Shown one piece after another: positions 63,154 to 64,000 of a DNA stretch of 64,000 bases (its first letter is position 1; the number at the start of each line of letters is the position of its first letter). The translations under genes were made by a program, and so were the position numbers. A model generated the notes under the pieces. The model worked only from the letters and a program-made list of their open reading frames with translations. It had not been told where the DNA came from and made no database searches. Source of the stretch: Octopus sinensis (Eukaryota); assembly GCF_006345805.1 (NCBI RefSeq), contig NC_043010.1, positions 48,422,001 to 48,486,000 of the forward strand, read 5' to 3'.

Positions 63154-64000
63154 GTCCAACACTCTACCCACTAATCCATGCACCTCTGTTTAATATGTTA
63201 TTGATATTCTCATTGGCTTAGAATAATGTAGCTTCTCTTGTCATCTCTTATGTTATGGCCTAAGCTCACTGGCCAGAACCAGTAAAAGAGTTAGAAAAAA
63301 AAGTATCTCTAATAATTGGTTCTCATTTTGGCACAAGACCAGTAATTTTAAGGAGAAGGGGCAAGTCAATTACATTGACCCCAATACTTGAATGGTATTT
63401 ATTTTATTGACCCTGAAAAGACGGAAACCAAAGTCGACCTCAGCAGGGTTTGAACTTAGACTGTAAAAAGTTGGAAGAGCTGCCACTGAGCATTTTGTCT
63501 GACTTGCTGTTGATTCTGCTTGCCATAATTCCATTCTTATACACAAGCTCTGAAATTTAGGGAGACAAGTTAGTTGATTAAATCAACCCCAGATCCTGTA
63601 TTTATGAGCTCACGAAGGATGAAAGGCAAAGTTGACTACAGCCGTATTTGAACTTGGAACACAAAGATCCATAATTAGCATGAGATATTTTGTATGATGC
63701 TTTAACAACCCCGCCAACTCACCACATAACATATAGGTACAAGGTCTCAAATATTTCAAGGAGTGGTCAGTTAATCTTAGTGATCCTAGAAGTCATAAAC
63801 TGGTATACTTATTTTATTGGAATTGGATGGATAAAATGTGGTGTTAACTTCAGTGGGTTTTGAAACCAGAACACAAAGCTGTACAACTAGAGGCCACACG
63901 TTATTTACTCTCATGCTCTACCAAATGTGTCAATCCATTGCCATGATTCTAATAATGATAGTTATAGCAATAAAAACGGTTTCTGTAAATATTGCTGGGG

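Overview
Eukaryotic, AT-rich, microsatellite-dense genomic DNA; the SINE and LINE repertoire looks like a coleoid cephalopod (Octopus), which is an inference. The whole window lies inside one + strand gene: 14 internal GT-AG exons (1842-61877) splice in frame to 2,419 nt (about 806 codons) of an axonemal dynein heavy chain most like DNAH6, covering AAA4, the coiled-coil stalk with the microtubule-binding domain, and AAA5. The introns are full of mobile DNA: tRNA-headed SINEs, RTE-LINE 3' fragments, mariner relics, Tc1/piggyBac/hAT MITEs, a Helitron and a DINE-like element. Intron 8 holds an apparently full-length antisense RTE LINE (about 35924-41826). Its intact 1094-aa APE-RT ORF has a PHD finger inserted in the RT region, and its ~2.4 kb 5' leader is built from 366-bp tandem monomers plus a 34-bp minisatellite. 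Read by eye, the introns also hold about 11 hammerhead-ribozyme-like motifs, mostly in Penelope-like fold-back fragments, plus several long near-perfect hairpins. All calls are by inspection; no database searches were run.
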